Shown here: piece by piece, positions 37,675 through 48,725 of the stretch
Layout of the letters: each line of letters begins with the position of its first letter
How positions within the stretch are numbered: the first letter of the stretch is position 1
Notes under the pieces: model-generated
Database searches by the model: none
What the model was told of the DNA's origin: nothing
Seen by the model: only the letters and a program-made list of their open reading frames with translations
NCBI GenBank assembly: GCA_964430735.1
Contig: CAYSFB010000004.1
Coordinates: 40,040-104,039 of the forward strand
Reading direction: 5' to 3'
Origin: an uncultured Planctomycetia bacterium
Lineage (GTDB): Bacteria > Omnitrophota > Gorgyraeia > 2-02-FULL-51-18 > JAGOUK01
DNA length: 64,000 bases
Program-made: the position numbers and the translations under genes

Positions 37675-38012
37675 CGGACGAGAGTTTTATCACGCTCAAG
37701 GACGCCGCAGAGATCCTGGAATTGTCCGAGCCCGAGGTCGAGAACCTGATCAACCACCACAAGCTGACCGCCTACCAGCTCGGCGACCAGGTGATCCGCC
37801 TGCGCCGCGACCAGGTGTGGGAGTATCAGTCCAAGGCGCGTCTTTCGGCCGAGCTGTTTCCGGACGACCGGCGCAAGCACCACAATGCGCCGGCGCTGAC
37901 GCCGCCGAACGCGATCGAACGCGCGCTGGACTTCATTTATTTCAACGATTTTTACATCATTTGTTTTGCGGCGATCGGAGTGCTTCTGTATCTGATCCTG
38001 TCGGCGCAGTGA
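37671..38012 (+). CDS. HTH_17-like DNA-binding domain protein with a C-terminal transmembrane anchor. ATGA overlap with the bactofilin-HTH gene.
   Basis: ITLKDAAEILELSEPEVENLINHHKLTAYQLGDQVIRLRRDQVWEY (HTH). The C-terminal hydrophobic FYIICFAAIGVLLYLILSA is a predicted TM segment. Confidence 0.55.
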   Translation: MTDESFITLKDAAEILELSEPEVENLINHHKLTAYQLGDQVIRLRRDQVWEYQSKARLSAELFPDDRRKHHNAPALTPPNAIERALDFIYFNDFYIICFAAIGVLLYLILSAQ

Positions 38013-38095
38013 CCTCGAAGTCCGAACCAACCGCACCCACCCATAACCCCTAAAAAGTTCCTCCAAAAGACGAGTCTGGCGAACCGATAAACAAA

Positions 38096-40786
38096 ATGGT
38101 CTTTTATCTCATCGACGGCACCGCGATCTGCTACCGGGCTTATTACGCGTACGCCACCAAAAATCTCCACAATTCCAAGGGTCTGCCGACGAACGTTCCG
38201 TACGGCTTCCTGCTCGTTTTGCGCAAGCTGCTGGCGGACAACAAGCCCGACGGCATCATGGTCGCCTTTGACGTCAAGGGTCCGACCTTCCGCCACGAGA
38301 AGCTCGATACCTACAAGGCCAACCGAAAGCCGACCCCGGACGACCTCGTCGCCCAGATCCCATACGTGAAGCGCCTCGTCGAAGCCCACCGGATTCCGGT
38401 GATCGAAAAGCAGGGGTACGAGGCCGACGACGTCATGGGGACGCTCGCGCAGCGGTTGAGAAAAAAGGGCCACGAAGTCGTGATCGTGACCAGCGACAAG
38501 GATATCTGCCAGCTCGTGACCGACCACATCCGCGTCATGGACCCGGGCAAGGACTACGCGCTGCTCGGGCCGATGGAAGTCCGAGAGAAGCTCGGCGTTT
38601 CTCCCGACCAGGTCGTCGATTATCTCGCCATGGTGGGGGACGCGTCCGACAACATTCCCGGCGTGCCCGGCATCGGCCCGAAGACCGCCGTGGAGCTCAT
38701 TCAGGAACACAAATCCCTCGACGGCATTTACCGCAATCTCGACAAGATCAAGGGTGAGTCCAAGAAAAAGGCGCTCGCGGAAAACGAGCCGACCGCCCGT
38801 CTCGCGCAGGAATTGGCCACGATCGACTGCGACATTCCCGTTTCGGCGACCGAAGAAGAGATGATGCGCCGCGACCCGGATCCGGCGCTGCTCAAGGCTC
38901 TGTATCAGGAGCTCGAGTTCAAGTCCTTTCTCAAGGAATTGCCGCATCCGACTGTCCAGGATTCCCCGGACAAGAGCTACCATCTGGTCACCAAGCCCAA
39001 GGAATGGAAGGCGCTGCTCGCCCAGCTCAAAAAATTAAGCCGCTTCAGCCTCGACTTCGAAACGACCGGGATCGACGCGCTTACGGTGAAGCCGGTCGGC
39101 CTGTCGTTTTCCTTCAAGTCCCACGAAGCCTACTTCGTCCTGTTCGATATCCACGCGTCAGGAAAAAGCGAATTGTCTGCCGCCGACGTGCTGGCGGATC
39201 TGAAGCCCATCCTCGAGGACCCAGGCGTCAAGAAGATCGGCCAGAACATCAAATACGAAATGATGGTGCTCAAAGCCCATGGGATCGAACTCGCAGGCGC
39301 GGACTTCGACACGATGATCGCGTCGTATCTTCTCAATCCGTCGAAGTCGACCCACAACTTGAGCGAGCTGGCTTCGGAGCATCTGGACGAGCGGCTGGTC
39401 GAGATCGAAACGCTCATCGGGACGGGTAAAAAGCAGATCACGATGGCCGAGGCCGACGTGGACCAGCTGTACCGGTACGGCTGCCAGGATTCGGACGTCG
39501 TCTGGCGCCTGGCCGGCATCCTCGAGCCCCGGGTCGAAGCGTCGGAGATGAAGGACTTGCTCGAAAAGATCGAGATGCCCCTCGTGCGCGTCCTTTGCGA
39601 CATGGAGTCGGCCGGCATCGCGATCGACGTGAAGTTCCTCGAAGATTTTTCCGCGCGGATGGAAAAGGAAATCGCCGCGCTCACCAAAAAGATCCACAAG
39701 CTGGCCGGCGGCGAATTCAACATCAATTCGCCCAAACAGCTCGGCGAGATCCTCTTCGAAAAGCTCAAGCTGCCCCACACCCGCAAGACCAAGACCGGTT
39801 ACACGACCGACGCCGGCGCGCTCGAAGAACTGGCGGCGCTGCACGAACTTCCGGCCCAGATCCTGGATTACCGTGAATTGGCCAAGCTGAAGTCCACTTA
39901 TGTCGATCCGCTGCCCGAGATGCGCAGTCCCAAGGATCACCGCATCCACACCTCGTACAACCAGACGGTTGCGGCCACGGGCCGCCTCTCGTCCAGCGAT
40001 CCGAATCTTCAGAACATCCCGATCCGCACCGAGGAAGGCCGCGAAGTGCGCCGCGCGTTCGTCGCACCCAAGGGCCATTTGCTGCTGTCCGCGGATTACT
40101 CCCAGATCGAATTGCGCATTCTGGCCCATTTGTCGGGCGATCCGAATCTGACGAAGGCTTTTGCTGAGAACCAGGACGTCCACGCGTATACGGCCAGCCT
40201 CGTCTTTGGCGTGGATCTGGCGGACGTGTCGCCGCAGATGCGCGACCAGGCCAAGACGGTCAACTTCGGCGTGCTTTACGGCATGGGACCCTTCGGCCTC
40301 GCCCGGTCGCTCAAAATCACCCAGGAAGCCGCCCGCGACTTCATCAAGGCCTATTTCGAACGCTATCCCAGGATCAAGGCGTTCATGGACGACACGCTCG
40401 ACTTCGCCCGCAAGAAGGGTTATGTCGAAACGCTGCTCAAGCGCCGGCGTTACATCCCGGACATCGAGTCCAAGGACATGCGGATGCGCCAGTTCGCCGA
40501 GCGCACCGCGATCAACGCGCCGGTTCAGGGGACGGCGAGCGACCTGATCAAGATCGCGATGGTTGCGATCCACCGCCGCCTCGGCGAAAAAGGCGCGCCG
40601 GCCGGAACGCGGATGCTCCTGCAGGTGCACGACGACCTGGTGTTCGAAGTTCCCGAAAAAGAATTGCATGCCGCCGCGAAGCTCGTCCGCGAGGAGATGG
40701 AGGGCGCGATCGCTCTCGACGTTCCCGTGCGCGTGAGCGTGAAGGCCGGTCCCAACTGGAAAGACATGGAGAAGCTCAAAGTCTGA
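38096..40786 (+). CDS. polA: DNA polymerase I
   Basis: 5'-3' exonuclease N-terminus. A 3'-5' exonuclease-like middle domain. Polymerase motifs RRAFVAPKGHLLLSADYSQIELRILAHLS (motif A) and QVHDDLVFE (motif C). Confidence 0.9.
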   Translation: MVFYLIDGTAICYRAYYAYATKNLHNSKGLPTNVPYGFLLVLRKLLADNKPDGIMVAFDVKGPTFRHEKLDTYKANRKPTPDDLVAQIPYVKRLVEAHRIPVIEKQGYEADDVMGTLAQRLRKKGHEVVIVTSDKDICQLVTDHIRVMDPGKDYALLGPMEVREKLGVSPDQVVDYLAMVGDASDNIPGVPGIGPKTAVELIQEHKSLDGIYRNLDKIKGESKKKALAENEPTARLAQELATIDCDIPVSATEEEMMRRDPDPALLKALYQELEFKSFLKELPHPTVQDSPDKSYHLVTKPKEWKALLAQLKKLSRFSLDFETTGIDALTVKPVGLSFSFKSHEAYFVLFDIHASGKSELSAADVLADLKPILEDPGVKKIGQNIKYEMMVLKAHGIELAGADFDTMIASYLLNPSKSTHNLSELASEHLDERLVEIETLIGTGKKQITMAEADVDQLYRYGCQDSDVVWRLAGILEPRVEASEMKDLLEKIEMPLVRVLCDMESAGIAIDVKFLEDFSARMEKEIAALTKKIHKLAGGEFNINSPKQLGEILFEKLKLPHTRKTKTGYTTDAGALEELAALHELPAQILDYRELAKLKSTYVDPLPEMRSPKDHRIHTSYNQTVAATGRLSSSDPNLQNIPIRTEEGREVRRAFVAPKGHLLLSADYSQIELRILAHLSGDPNLTKAFAENQDVHAYTASLVFGVDLADVSPQMRDQAKTVNFGVLYGMGPFGLARSLKITQEAARDFIKAYFERYPRIKAFMDDTLDFARKKGYVETLLKRRRYIPDIESKDMRMRQFAERTAINAPVQGTASDLIKIAMVAIHRRLGEKGAPAGTRMLLQVHDDLVFEVPEKELHAAAKLVREEMEGAIALDVPVRVSVKAGPNWKDMEKLKV

Positions 40787-42186
40787 TGAATATTCTTTTT
40801 TGCGCCGCGGAAGTCGTGCCTTTTGCCAAAACGGGCGGTCTCGGAGACGTCGCCGGAGCGCTGCCGATCGCGCTGGGCAAGCTCGGACATCAGGTCCTGA
40901 TCGCGACGCCGCAATACGCCGGACAGGCCGGCCAGCGGCTGGTCCGGATCGCCCCGGGCGTGCGCGTGATTTTTATCGAGCACCCGGGCTACTATCACCG
41001 CGAGGGGATTTACGGAAACGCTCAAGGCGACCATCCGGACAACGCCGCGCGGTTCGCGTTCCTGTGCCATGAGGCGCTCAAAGAGGCGCGCCGGCTCGAC
41101 TTCCAGCCCGACATCGTCCACGCGCACGATTGGCATACGGGGCCGCTCCCGATGATTCTGAAGACGCTGTATGCGAACGACCCCTTTTTCAAGCGCACTC
41201 GTTCCGTTTTCACGATTCACAACCTGGCTTACCAGGGCTTGTTCCCGGCATCCCAGTTCTTCGAGCTGGGTTTGGGGCCCGCGCCCGCCGCGTTCAAAAA
41301 ATCCGAATTTTGGGGCAAGGTGAGCTATATGAAGGCCGGTCTCGAATTCGCCGACCAGATCAATGCGGTCAGTCCGGGTTACGCGCGCGAGATCCTGACC
41401 AAAGAGCTGGGCTGCGGCCTCGACGGCGTGCTCAAGCGCCGCCGCTCGGCCGTGAGCGGCATCCTGAACGGCATCGATACCGACGCCTGGGACCCGTCCA
41501 AAGACCGGTCGCTCAAGGCTTTTTACAGCCCGAAGACGCTCGCGGACCGGGAGTTGAACCGGCGTGCATTGTTGCGTATGACCGGTCTGGAGGACTCGGC
41601 CCATGTACCGCCCGCGCGCCGGAATACCGCCCCGGTTTTTGGTATCGTTTCGCGGCTGGCGGAGCAGAAGGGCTTCGACATCCTGATGGACGCGTTCGAG
41701 GAATTCATGAAGCACGACGTGAAGTTCGTGCTGCTCGGCACGGGCGAGAAGAAATACGAGGATTTTTTCCGCAAGGCGCAGAAGCGTTATTCGCGCCAGG
41801 TCGCGTGCATCCTCCAGTTCTCGGGGGCCGAGGCGAGCGCGATCTACGCCGGCTGCGACTTTTTCCTGATGCCGTCGCGGTTCGAGCCCTGCGGTCTGGG
41901 ACAGCTCATCAGCTTCCGGTACGGCGCGATCCCGGTCGTGCACCGCACCGGCGGGCTGGGCGACACGGTGATCGACGTCACGGCCGATCCGAAGCGCGGC
42001 AACGGCCTGGTCTTCGACAAATACGACGCATTTTCGTTCCTGGCCGCGGTCAACCGGGCGATCCGGCTCCATGCGGACAAGTCGCAGACCGAGCGGGTGC
42101 GCCTGAACGGCATGAATGCGGACTTTTCGTGGAAGCTGTCCGCGAAGAAGTACGAAGCCCTCTACAAGAAGGCGCTGGCGTGCTGA
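40786..42186 (+). CDS. glgA: Glycogen synthase
   Basis: MNILFCAAEVVPFAKTGGLGDVAGALP is the GT5 KTGGL motif. Confidence 0.9.
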   Translation: MNILFCAAEVVPFAKTGGLGDVAGALPIALGKLGHQVLIATPQYAGQAGQRLVRIAPGVRVIFIEHPGYYHREGIYGNAQGDHPDNAARFAFLCHEALKEARRLDFQPDIVHAHDWHTGPLPMILKTLYANDPFFKRTRSVFTIHNLAYQGLFPASQFFELGLGPAPAAFKKSEFWGKVSYMKAGLEFADQINAVSPGYAREILTKELGCGLDGVLKRRRSAVSGILNGIDTDAWDPSKDRSLKAFYSPKTLADRELNRRALLRMTGLEDSAHVPPARRNTAPVFGIVSRLAEQKGFDILMDAFEEFMKHDVKFVLLGTGEKKYEDFFRKAQKRYSRQVACILQFSGAEASAIYAGCDFFLMPSRFEPCGLGQLISFRYGAIPVVHRTGGLGDTVIDVTADPKRGNGLVFDKYDAFSFLAAVNRAIRLHADKSQTERVRLNGMNADFSWKLSAKKYEALYKKALAC

Positions 42187-42782
42187 ACGTCGGATTGACC
42201 GGAGGGGTCGCGTCCGGGAAGTCCGAGACGCTCGCGCTCTTCAAGAAGTTCGGGGCGGCGACGCTCTCGAGTGACGCGATCGTGAGGGATCTGATGAAGC
42301 CCGGCTCTCCGGCCGTACGCAAGATCCGAACGCACTTCGGTCCGGCGGCGGTCGAAAAGAGCGGGAAGGTCTGTCGCGAGTATTTGCGGGAACGGGTGAT
42401 GGCCGACCCGAAGGAATTGGATTGGCTCGAGCGGGTGCTGCACCCGGGTGTCCGCCGGTCGATCCGCGCCGCGATTGCGGAGAACCGAAAGAAGTCCGGC
42501 GTCCTGGTCGTCGAAGTTCCGCTGCTGTTCGAAAACGGATTTGCAAAATTGTTCGACCGCACGGTCGCGGTGAAGGCTTTGAGCGAATTGGCCGAGCGCC
42601 GCGCCGCGCGGCGCAACATGAGCCCTGAACTGTTCTATTTTTTCTCAAAGCGTCAGTGGTCCGCGGCCAAAAAAGCCGCTTCCGCCGACCTCGTCATCAA
42701 CAACAACGGTACGCTCAAAGACCTCGAGCGAGGCGCTCACGACGCGTACAAAAAATTGGTTTCTGGTAAACGTTTCGAATAA
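42180..42782 (+). CDS. coaE: Dephospho-CoA kinase (GTG start overlapping the glgA stop)
   Basis: [17 protein letters not shown]-loop, and ...[14 protein letters not shown]. Confidence 0.8.
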   Translation: MLNVGLTGGVASGKSETLALFKKFGAATLSSDAIVRDLMKPGSPAVRKIRTHFGPAAVEKSGKVCREYLRERVMADPKELDWLERVLHPGVRRSIRAAIAENRKKSGVLVVEVPLLFENGFAKLFDRTVAVKALSELAERRAARRNMSPELFYFFSKRQWSAAKKAASADLVINNNGTLKDLERGAHDAYKKLVSGKRFE

Positions 42783-42793
42783 GGAGGATACAC

Positions 42794-44056
42794 ATGTCCG
42801 ATCTGGATCTCGCACAACTCAAGCACATGAAAATCAAAGAGCTCGCGGACGTCGCGAAGGAATACAACGTCGAGGGCGTGAGCGGCGTCAAGAAGCAGGA
42901 CCTGATCTTCAAGATCCTGCAGGCGCAGAGCATCCAGACCGGCAACATGTACGGCGAAGGCGTGCTCGAAATCCTGCAGGACGGATTCGGCTTCCTGCGC
43001 GCGGCCAACTACAACTACTTGCCGTCGCCCGACGACATCTACGTCTCGCCCTCGCAGATCCGCAAATTCAACCTGCGGACCGGCGACACGGTCAGCGGCC
43101 AGATCCGTTCGCCGAAGGAAGGGGAGCGCTACTTCGCGATGCTGAAGGTGGACGCCGTCAACTACGAGGCGCCCAACGACGCCAAGAACAAGATCGCCTT
43201 CGACAACCTGACGCCGCTGTATCCCAAGGAGCGCCTCAAGCTCGAGACGTCGCCGCTGGAAGTGTCGATGCGCATCATGGACCTCCTGAGCCCGATCGGA
43301 AAGGGTCAGCGCGGTCTCATCGTCGCGCCGCCGTACAGCGGTAAGACGGTGCTCATGCAGAAGATCGCCAACAGCATCACGACGAACTACCCCGAGGCCT
43401 ACCTCATCGTGCTCCTCATCGACGAGCGTCCGGAAGAAGTCACGGACATGCAGCGGTCGGTGAAGGGCGAAGTCATCGCCTCGACGTTTGACGAACCGGC
43501 GGAACGCCACGTCCAGGTCGCCGAAGTCGTCATCGAAAAGGCCAAGCGCCTGGTCGAGTGCGGCAAGGACGTCATCATCCTGCTCGACTCGATCACGCGT
43601 CTGGCGCGCGCCTACAATCAGACCGAGCCGCATTCCGGCAAGATCCTGTCCGGCGGTGTGGACTCCAACGCCTTGCACAAGCCCAAGCGTTTCTTCGGCG
43701 CGGCCCGCTGCGTCGAGGAAGGCGGGAGCTTGACCATCATGGCGACGGCCCTCGTCGACACCGGCAGCCGCATGGATGAAGTCATCTTCGAAGAGTTCAA
43801 GGGCACGGGCAACATGGAAATCCAGCTCGACCGCAACCTCTTCCAGCGCCGCATCTACCCGGCCATCGACATCAAGCGTTCCAATACGCGCCGCGAGGAA
43901 CTCCTCGTGGAGCAGGAGATGCTGCAGAAGGTCTGGGTGCTGCGCAAGGTGCTCAACGAGCTGTCTTCGGCCGAGGCGATGGAGCTTTTGATCGAAAAGA
44001 TCAAAAAAACCAAGTCCAACGAGGAATTCCTGAAGAATCTGAACAAAGCGGCGTAA
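42794..44056 (+). CDS. rho: Transcription termination factor Rho
   Basis: [28 protein letters not shown]...GFGFLR...[16 protein letters not shown] is the Rho N-terminal domain plus RecA-like ATPase. Confidence 0.9.
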   Translation: MSDLDLAQLKHMKIKELADVAKEYNVEGVSGVKKQDLIFKILQAQSIQTGNMYGEGVLEILQDGFGFLRAANYNYLPSPDDIYVSPSQIRKFNLRTGDTVSGQIRSPKEGERYFAMLKVDAVNYEAPNDAKNKIAFDNLTPLYPKERLKLETSPLEVSMRIMDLLSPIGKGQRGLIVAPPYSGKTVLMQKIANSITTNYPEAYLIVLLIDERPEEVTDMQRSVKGEVIASTFDEPAERHVQVAEVVIEKAKRLVECGKDVIILLDSITRLARAYNQTEPHSGKILSGGVDSNALHKPKRFFGAARCVEEGGSLTIMATALVDTGSRMDEVIFEEFKGTGNMEIQLDRNLFQRRIYPAIDIKRSNTRREELLVEQEMLQKVWVLRKVLNELSSAEAMELLIEKIKKTKSNEEFLKNLNKAA

Positions 44057-44122
44057 CGCGCCATTTTGGGCTTTTATTTAGTACACTACTGGGTCCGATC
44101 AATTACATAGGAGTTCGAGAAC

Positions 44123-44347
44123 ATGAAAAAAGGCATCCATCCCGAATACGTCGTCACCACCGTGACCTGCAACTGCGGCACCGTGATCCACACCCGTTCC
44201 ACGATGCGGAACATCCACGTGGAAACCTGCTCCAAGTGCCACGGCTTCTACACGGGCAAGAACCAGATGACCGCGACCGCCGGCCGCGTCGACAAGTTCA
44301 ACACCAAGTACGCGTCCACTCCGGCCCCCGCGAAGAAGAAAAAGTAA
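44123..44347 (+). CDS. rpmE: 50S ribosomal protein L31 (zinc-binding type; CxxC...CxxC)
   Basis: MKKGIHPEYVVTTVTCNCGTVIHTRSTM...CSKCHGFYTG. Confidence 0.9.
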   Translation: MKKGIHPEYVVTTVTCNCGTVIHTRSTMRNIHVETCSKCHGFYTGKNQMTATAGRVDKFNTKYASTPAPAKKKK

Positions 44348-44350
44348 GGC

Positions 44351-45427
44351 TTGGAAGACCGGCTCGTTCAGCAGGCGAAGGACAAGCTCAGGCGGCTCGA
44401 CGAAATCGAGCGGCTCATGGAGGACTCCGCCGTTACCGCGGACATGGACAAGATGCGGACCCTCGGCAAGGAGCTTCGGGAGCTGCAGAAGGTCCGCGCG
44501 GTGTTCACGTCGTTCAGCGAGGCTGACAAGGCCTTCGCCGAGGCGCGTCAGCTGATCGACGACCCGTCCGCCGACAAGGAGCTCAAGGGCATGGCCGAGC
44601 ACGAGCTCGCCGAGATGACGCCGCGCCGCGCGGCCAAGCTCGCTGAGCTCGAGGACCTGCTGATCAAGAAGGACCCGATGGCCGACAAGGACGTCGTCAT
44701 CGAAGTCCGCGCCGGTACCGGAGGCGTGGAAGCGTCGCTCTTTGCGGCCGAAGTCGTCCGGATGTACAGCCGGTATTCCGCCAACCGCGGCTACAAGGTC
44801 GAAATCCTGAGCCAGGCCGACACCGACGCCGGCGGCGCCCGCGAAGTCATCCTGTCCATTTCCGGCGACGGCGTGTACGGCCGGTTCAAATACGAGTCCG
44901 GCGTGCACCGCGTCCAGCGCGTGCCCCAGACCGAAGCCGCCGGCCGCATCCACACCTCCGCGATCACCGTGGCGGTGATGCCCGAAGCCGAAGAAGTCGA
45001 GGTCAACATCCGCCAGGAAGACCTCAAGATCGACGTGTTCCGCTCCGGCGGTCCCGGCGGTCAGAGCGTCAACACCACCGACTCGGCCGTCCGTATCCTG
45101 CACGTCCCTTCCGGCCTCATGGTCAAATGCCAGGACGAAAAGTCCCAGCTTAAGAACAAGGCCAAGGCGCTCAAGATCCTCCGCGCGCGCCTGTTCGAAA
45201 AAATTCAGAGCGAGCAGCAGTCGGCCATGGACCAGAAGCGCAAGGCGCAGATTGGGTCGGGCGACCGCTCCGAAAAGATCCGCACGTACAACTTTCCGGA
45301 GCGTCGCGTGACCGATCACCGGATCGGGCTGACCATTCATAACCTCGAGGCCATCATGGACGGGGATTTGGATGAAGTCATCGACGCGCTCGTTGCGAAA
45401 GAAAAGGAATTGGCCACGGCCAGTTAA
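44351..45427 (+). CDS. prfA: Peptide chain release factor 1 (TTG start)
   Basis: PQT tripeptide ([13 protein letters not shown]) and the GGQ motif [18 protein letters not shown]. Confidence 0.9.
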   Translation: MEDRLVQQAKDKLRRLDEIERLMEDSAVTADMDKMRTLGKELRELQKVRAVFTSFSEADKAFAEARQLIDDPSADKELKGMAEHELAEMTPRRAAKLAELEDLLIKKDPMADKDVVIEVRAGTGGVEASLFAAEVVRMYSRYSANRGYKVEILSQADTDAGGAREVILSISGDGVYGRFKYESGVHRVQRVPQTEAAGRIHTSAITVAVMPEAEEVEVNIRQEDLKIDVFRSGGPGGQSVNTTDSAVRILHVPSGLMVKCQDEKSQLKNKAKALKILRARLFEKIQSEQQSAMDQKRKAQIGSGDRSEKIRTYNFPERRVTDHRIGLTIHNLEAIMDGDLDEVIDALVAKEKELATAS

Positions 45428-45449
45428 GCGTTGTTGCGAGCGTTCGTGC

Positions 45450-45583
45450 TGCGGCGGAATACACCCCGCTGCGGACGGAGCCGCTAGCGCGCGGCCGTCG
45501 GCGAGGCGCGCTCGCTCCTTGCTCCTTGGCGGCGGGGACGCCTTCGCGGAGCAAAAGTCCTACGCGGAGTGTATTCCACCGCA
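45450..45583 (-). repeat. Structured intergenic repeat, copy 4 (more diverged). The core is nested in a unique 20-bp inverted repeat (tgcggcggaatacaccccgc / gcggagtgtattccaccgca, 2 mismatches), in the same orientation as copy 1.
   Basis: The reverse complement shares the exact block GGAGCGAGCGCGCCTCG with copy 3, plus GGCGTCCCCGCC and a ...GCGGCT 3' end. It lies between prfA and prmC. Confidence 0.55.
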
Positions 45584-45604
45584 ACCTGACATCTACCTAC
45601 CTTT

Positions 45605-46471
45605 ATGGCGCAATTCATTTCTGTTCTTAACTCACTTAAAGAAAAATTGGAGACTGTTTCGCCGCGGACGGCGGAGTGGGAGGCGAAGGTGATTCTCCGG
45701 CATGTGACGGGGAAGAGCTGGGCGGAGCTTTATGCGGGGGATGGAGCGCTCTCGGAAGATGATGAGCGGGTGATCAACGAATTTGCGGCGCAGCGCGCCG
45801 AAGGCGATCCCTTGGCATATGTTTTGGGGACAGCTCCTTTTAAAGAGAAAGAACTGCGGGTTGGGCCCGGAGTTCTCATTCCTCGAATTGAGACCGAGCT
45901 TCTGGTTCAGGAAGCGGTGGATACCGCCCGGAAGGAATGGGCCAAGGCGGATCCTATTCTGGCGGTGGATTTGGGAACGGGGACGGGATGCATCGCGCTG
46001 GCCCTTGCCGAAGCCGAGCCCCGGGTTCGTGTCGATGCGGTGGAGTTTTCTACGGAAGCGCTTCGTTTCGCCCGTCTCAACGTTGCCGCGAGTCCCGCTT
46101 CGGATCGGGTTCGCATCGTGCCGCTCGACTACTTGAAGGAGTCCTGGACGAAGCTGCAGCCGACCTATCATCTGATTCTGGCGAATCCTCCGTATGTTTC
46201 GCAGGAGGATTGGGATGCGCTGCCGAAGGAAGTAAAGGCGGAGCCGCATCGGGCGCTCGTGGCGGGACCGAAAGGCGACGAAGTGCTGCGCTGGATCATC
46301 GAACACGGACGGAAGCACCTTTTGCCGGGCGGGAAGATGATTTTGGAGGTTGGGATCGGGCAGGCGGAAGGCCTTGCACGCTTTGCAGAAACTTTTCCCG
46401 AACTGCGATGTGATAAAATCATTCCCGACCATCAGAACATCGGCCGTATTTTGGCCGTCAAAAAACTTTAA
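45605..46471 (+). CDS. prmC: Release factor glutamine methyltransferase
   Basis: NPPY motif (LANPPYVSQED) and the SAM-binding motif VDLGTGTGCIAL. Confidence 0.85.
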   Translation: MAQFISVLNSLKEKLETVSPRTAEWEAKVILRHVTGKSWAELYAGDGALSEDDERVINEFAAQRAEGDPLAYVLGTAPFKEKELRVGPGVLIPRIETELLVQEAVDTARKEWAKADPILAVDLGTGTGCIALALAEAEPRVRVDAVEFSTEALRFARLNVAASPASDRVRIVPLDYLKESWTKLQPTYHLILANPPYVSQEDWDALPKEVKAEPHRALVAGPKGDEVLRWIIEHGRKHLLPGGKMILEVGIGQAEGLARFAETFPELRCDKIIPDHQNIGRILAVKKL

Positions 46472-46486
46472 ACATCCGGGGAGCAC

Positions 46487-47758
46487 ATGGACGTCATTGT
46501 CATTGAAGGACCGAGCAGGCTTGAGGGGACGGTGGCCGTTTCGGGCGCGAAGAATTCAATCCTGCCGATTATGGCCGCGACGATTCTCGCCAAGGGGATG
46601 TGCATCCTTAAAAACGTTCCCGACGTGTCCGACATGCACACGATGTGCAAGATCCTCAAGGCGCTCGGCGCGCGCGTGACCTACTCGTCCGACCACGTCC
46701 TCCAGATTGATACCGCCAACCTCAACAAGAACGTCGCCGACTACAAGCACGTGAGCACGATGCGCGCGTCGGTCTGTCTTCTTGGTCCGCTTCTGGCCCG
46801 CTTCAAAAAGGCCCACGTTTCGCTTCCCGGCGGATGCGTCATCGGTCCGCGTCCGATCGACCTGCACTTGAAGGGCATGAAGGCCCTCGGCGCCCAGATC
46901 ACGCTCGAACACGGCTATGTGATCGCCGACGCTTCCAAAAAGGGCCTCAAAGGCACGCGGATGTACCTCGGCGGAGCGTTCGGCTCCTCCGTGCTCGCGA
47001 CCGGCAACATCATGATGGCCGCCGTGTATGCGACGGGCAAAACGACGATCGTCAACGCGGCGTGCGAGCCCGAAGTGATCGATCTCGGTAATTTTCTCAT
47101 CAAGATGGGCGCCAAGATCGAAGGTCTCGGCTCTCCGGTGCTGACGATCACGGGCGTGAAGCGCCTGACCGGTTGCGAGTACGAAATCATCACCGACCGC
47201 ATCGAGGCCGGCACCTTTTTGATGGCCGGCGCGGCGACCCGCGGCGACGTCACGGTCAAGAACTGCTCGTCCCAGTACCTGGGCGCGGTGTTCGACAAGA
47301 TGATGGAAGCCGGCATCACGCTCATCGAAAAAGACGGCCACGTCCGCGTGAAGGCGAAGGGGAAGCTGCAGCCCGTTTCGCTCACGACCCACGTCTATCC
47401 GGGATTTCCGACCGATCTTCAGGCGCAGATGGTGGCGCTCCTGGCCTGCACGCCCGGCATCAGTGTCGTCACCGAAAAAATCTTCCCAGACCGCTTCATG
47501 CACGTCTCAGAGCTCAACCGTATGGGCGCCCAGATCCGCCTCGAGGGACCGAGCGCCATCATCAGCGGCGTCAAAGAGCTCTCGGGCGCTCCTGTGATGG
47601 CGTCGGACCTGCGCGCCTCCGCCGCGTTGGCCATCGCCGGACTTGTCGCAAAGGGCAAGACCGAGATCTCGCGCGTCTATCACCTCGATCGCGGCTACGA
47701 AAAACTCGAAGAAAAGCTCCGCGGCCTCGGCGCCAAGATCCGCCGCGAAAAGCGCTAG
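46487..47758 (+). CDS. murA: UDP-N-acetylglucosamine 1-carboxyvinyltransferase
   Basis: MDVIVIEGPSRLEGTVAVSGAKNSILPIMAA...LPGGCVIGPRPIDLHLKG contains the active-site Cys. Confidence 0.9.
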   Translation: MDVIVIEGPSRLEGTVAVSGAKNSILPIMAATILAKGMCILKNVPDVSDMHTMCKILKALGARVTYSSDHVLQIDTANLNKNVADYKHVSTMRASVCLLGPLLARFKKAHVSLPGGCVIGPRPIDLHLKGMKALGAQITLEHGYVIADASKKGLKGTRMYLGGAFGSSVLATGNIMMAAVYATGKTTIVNAACEPEVIDLGNFLIKMGAKIEGLGSPVLTITGVKRLTGCEYEIITDRIEAGTFLMAGAATRGDVTVKNCSSQYLGAVFDKMMEAGITLIEKDGHVRVKAKGKLQPVSLTTHVYPGFPTDLQAQMVALLACTPGISVVTEKIFPDRFMHVSELNRMGAQIRLEGPSAIISGVKELSGAPVMASDLRASAALAIAGLVAKGKTEISRVYHLDRGYEKLEEKLRGLGAKIRREKR

Positions 47759-47761
47759 TCC

Positions 47762-48673
47762 TTACTGGCCCCCCGGCCCGGCCGATTCCGGACCTTCCTC
47801 CCGAGCTCTAAAGTTTCCGATCGTCTCATGGAACACGGCGTTTTTGCCGCGTTTCTTGGCGCCGTACATGCAGCTGTCGGACGCGCGCAGGATGTCGTCG
47901 ACGCTCGACGGCGCGGCGAGGAATGTGACGGCACCGATGCTGAAATTGATCTTCCAACCCTTTTTCTCCAGCTCCGACCTTAACGATTTGCGCAACTTTT
48001 CGGCGGCAAGCTGAGCCTTGTCCGGATCGGTTTGAAGCAGCAGCACGCCGAATTCGTCGCCGCCCAGCCGCGCGACGCAGTCCGACGCGCGTACGAGTGC
48101 CTGGAGCGCCTGGGCGATGTCTTTGAGGAGACGGTCGCCGCCGGTGTGGCCGAGCCGGTCGTTGACGGCCTTGAAGTCGTCACAGTCAAGATAGAGCGCG
48201 GTGAAGGGCTGATGGTAGCGGCGGCATCGCCGGATTTCCTGTTCGGCAAAGATCTGGAACCAGCGGCGGTTGGCGATTCCGGTCAGGGGATCTTCCAGCG
48301 ATTGCCGGCGTTCCCGCAGAAACAGATCGACCGTGATGCAGAAGGCCGAAAAGATGAGCCCGCGCACGACCCAGTTCCACAGCGGTGCCCACACTGCGCC
48401 GTAGGGGCGGCCGGAGGCGATCTCGGCCCAGGCCCATAGAAGCGACGACACGAAGCACATCACGAGGCCGAAGCGGGCCGAGACCCAGATCACGCCGAGA
48501 AAAATCGGGATCAGGTAAAACGCGGACATCGAGATGAAATAACCGGCGGCGTAATTGATGTAGCCGATGAGCGCGGTGAACAGGACGAGGGCGGCGGACA
48601 AAGCGGCACGCATCCAGGGATTGACCTGGGGCCTGGCCGGCTGGGGAGTCCAAACGAAGTTGGGCTTCATCAA
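47762..48673 (-). CDS. Diguanylate cyclase (GGDEF) with an N-terminal polytopic membrane sensor region
   Basis: DPLTGIANRRWF...YLDCDDFKAVNDRLGHTGGDRLL...RLGGDEFGVLL. Confidence 0.8.
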   Translation of the reverse strand: MMKPNFVWTPQPARPQVNPWMRAALSAALVLFTALIGYINYAAGYFISMSAFYLIPIFLGVIWVSARFGLVMCFVSSLLWAWAEIASGRPYGAVWAPLWNWVVRGLIFSAFCITVDLFLRERRQSLEDPLTGIANRRWFQIFAEQEIRRCRRYHQPFTALYLDCDDFKAVNDRLGHTGGDRLLKDIAQALQALVRASDCVARLGGDEFGVLLLQTDPDKAQLAAEKLRKSLRSELEKKGWKINFSIGAVTFLAAPSSVDDILRASDSCMYGAKKRGKNAVFHETIGNFRAREEGPESAGPGGQ

Positions 48674-48725
48674 GAGCTATTTTAGCCCCGAAAGAGCCGG
48701 TCCGGCGCGCCGCCGCCGAAAAAAG

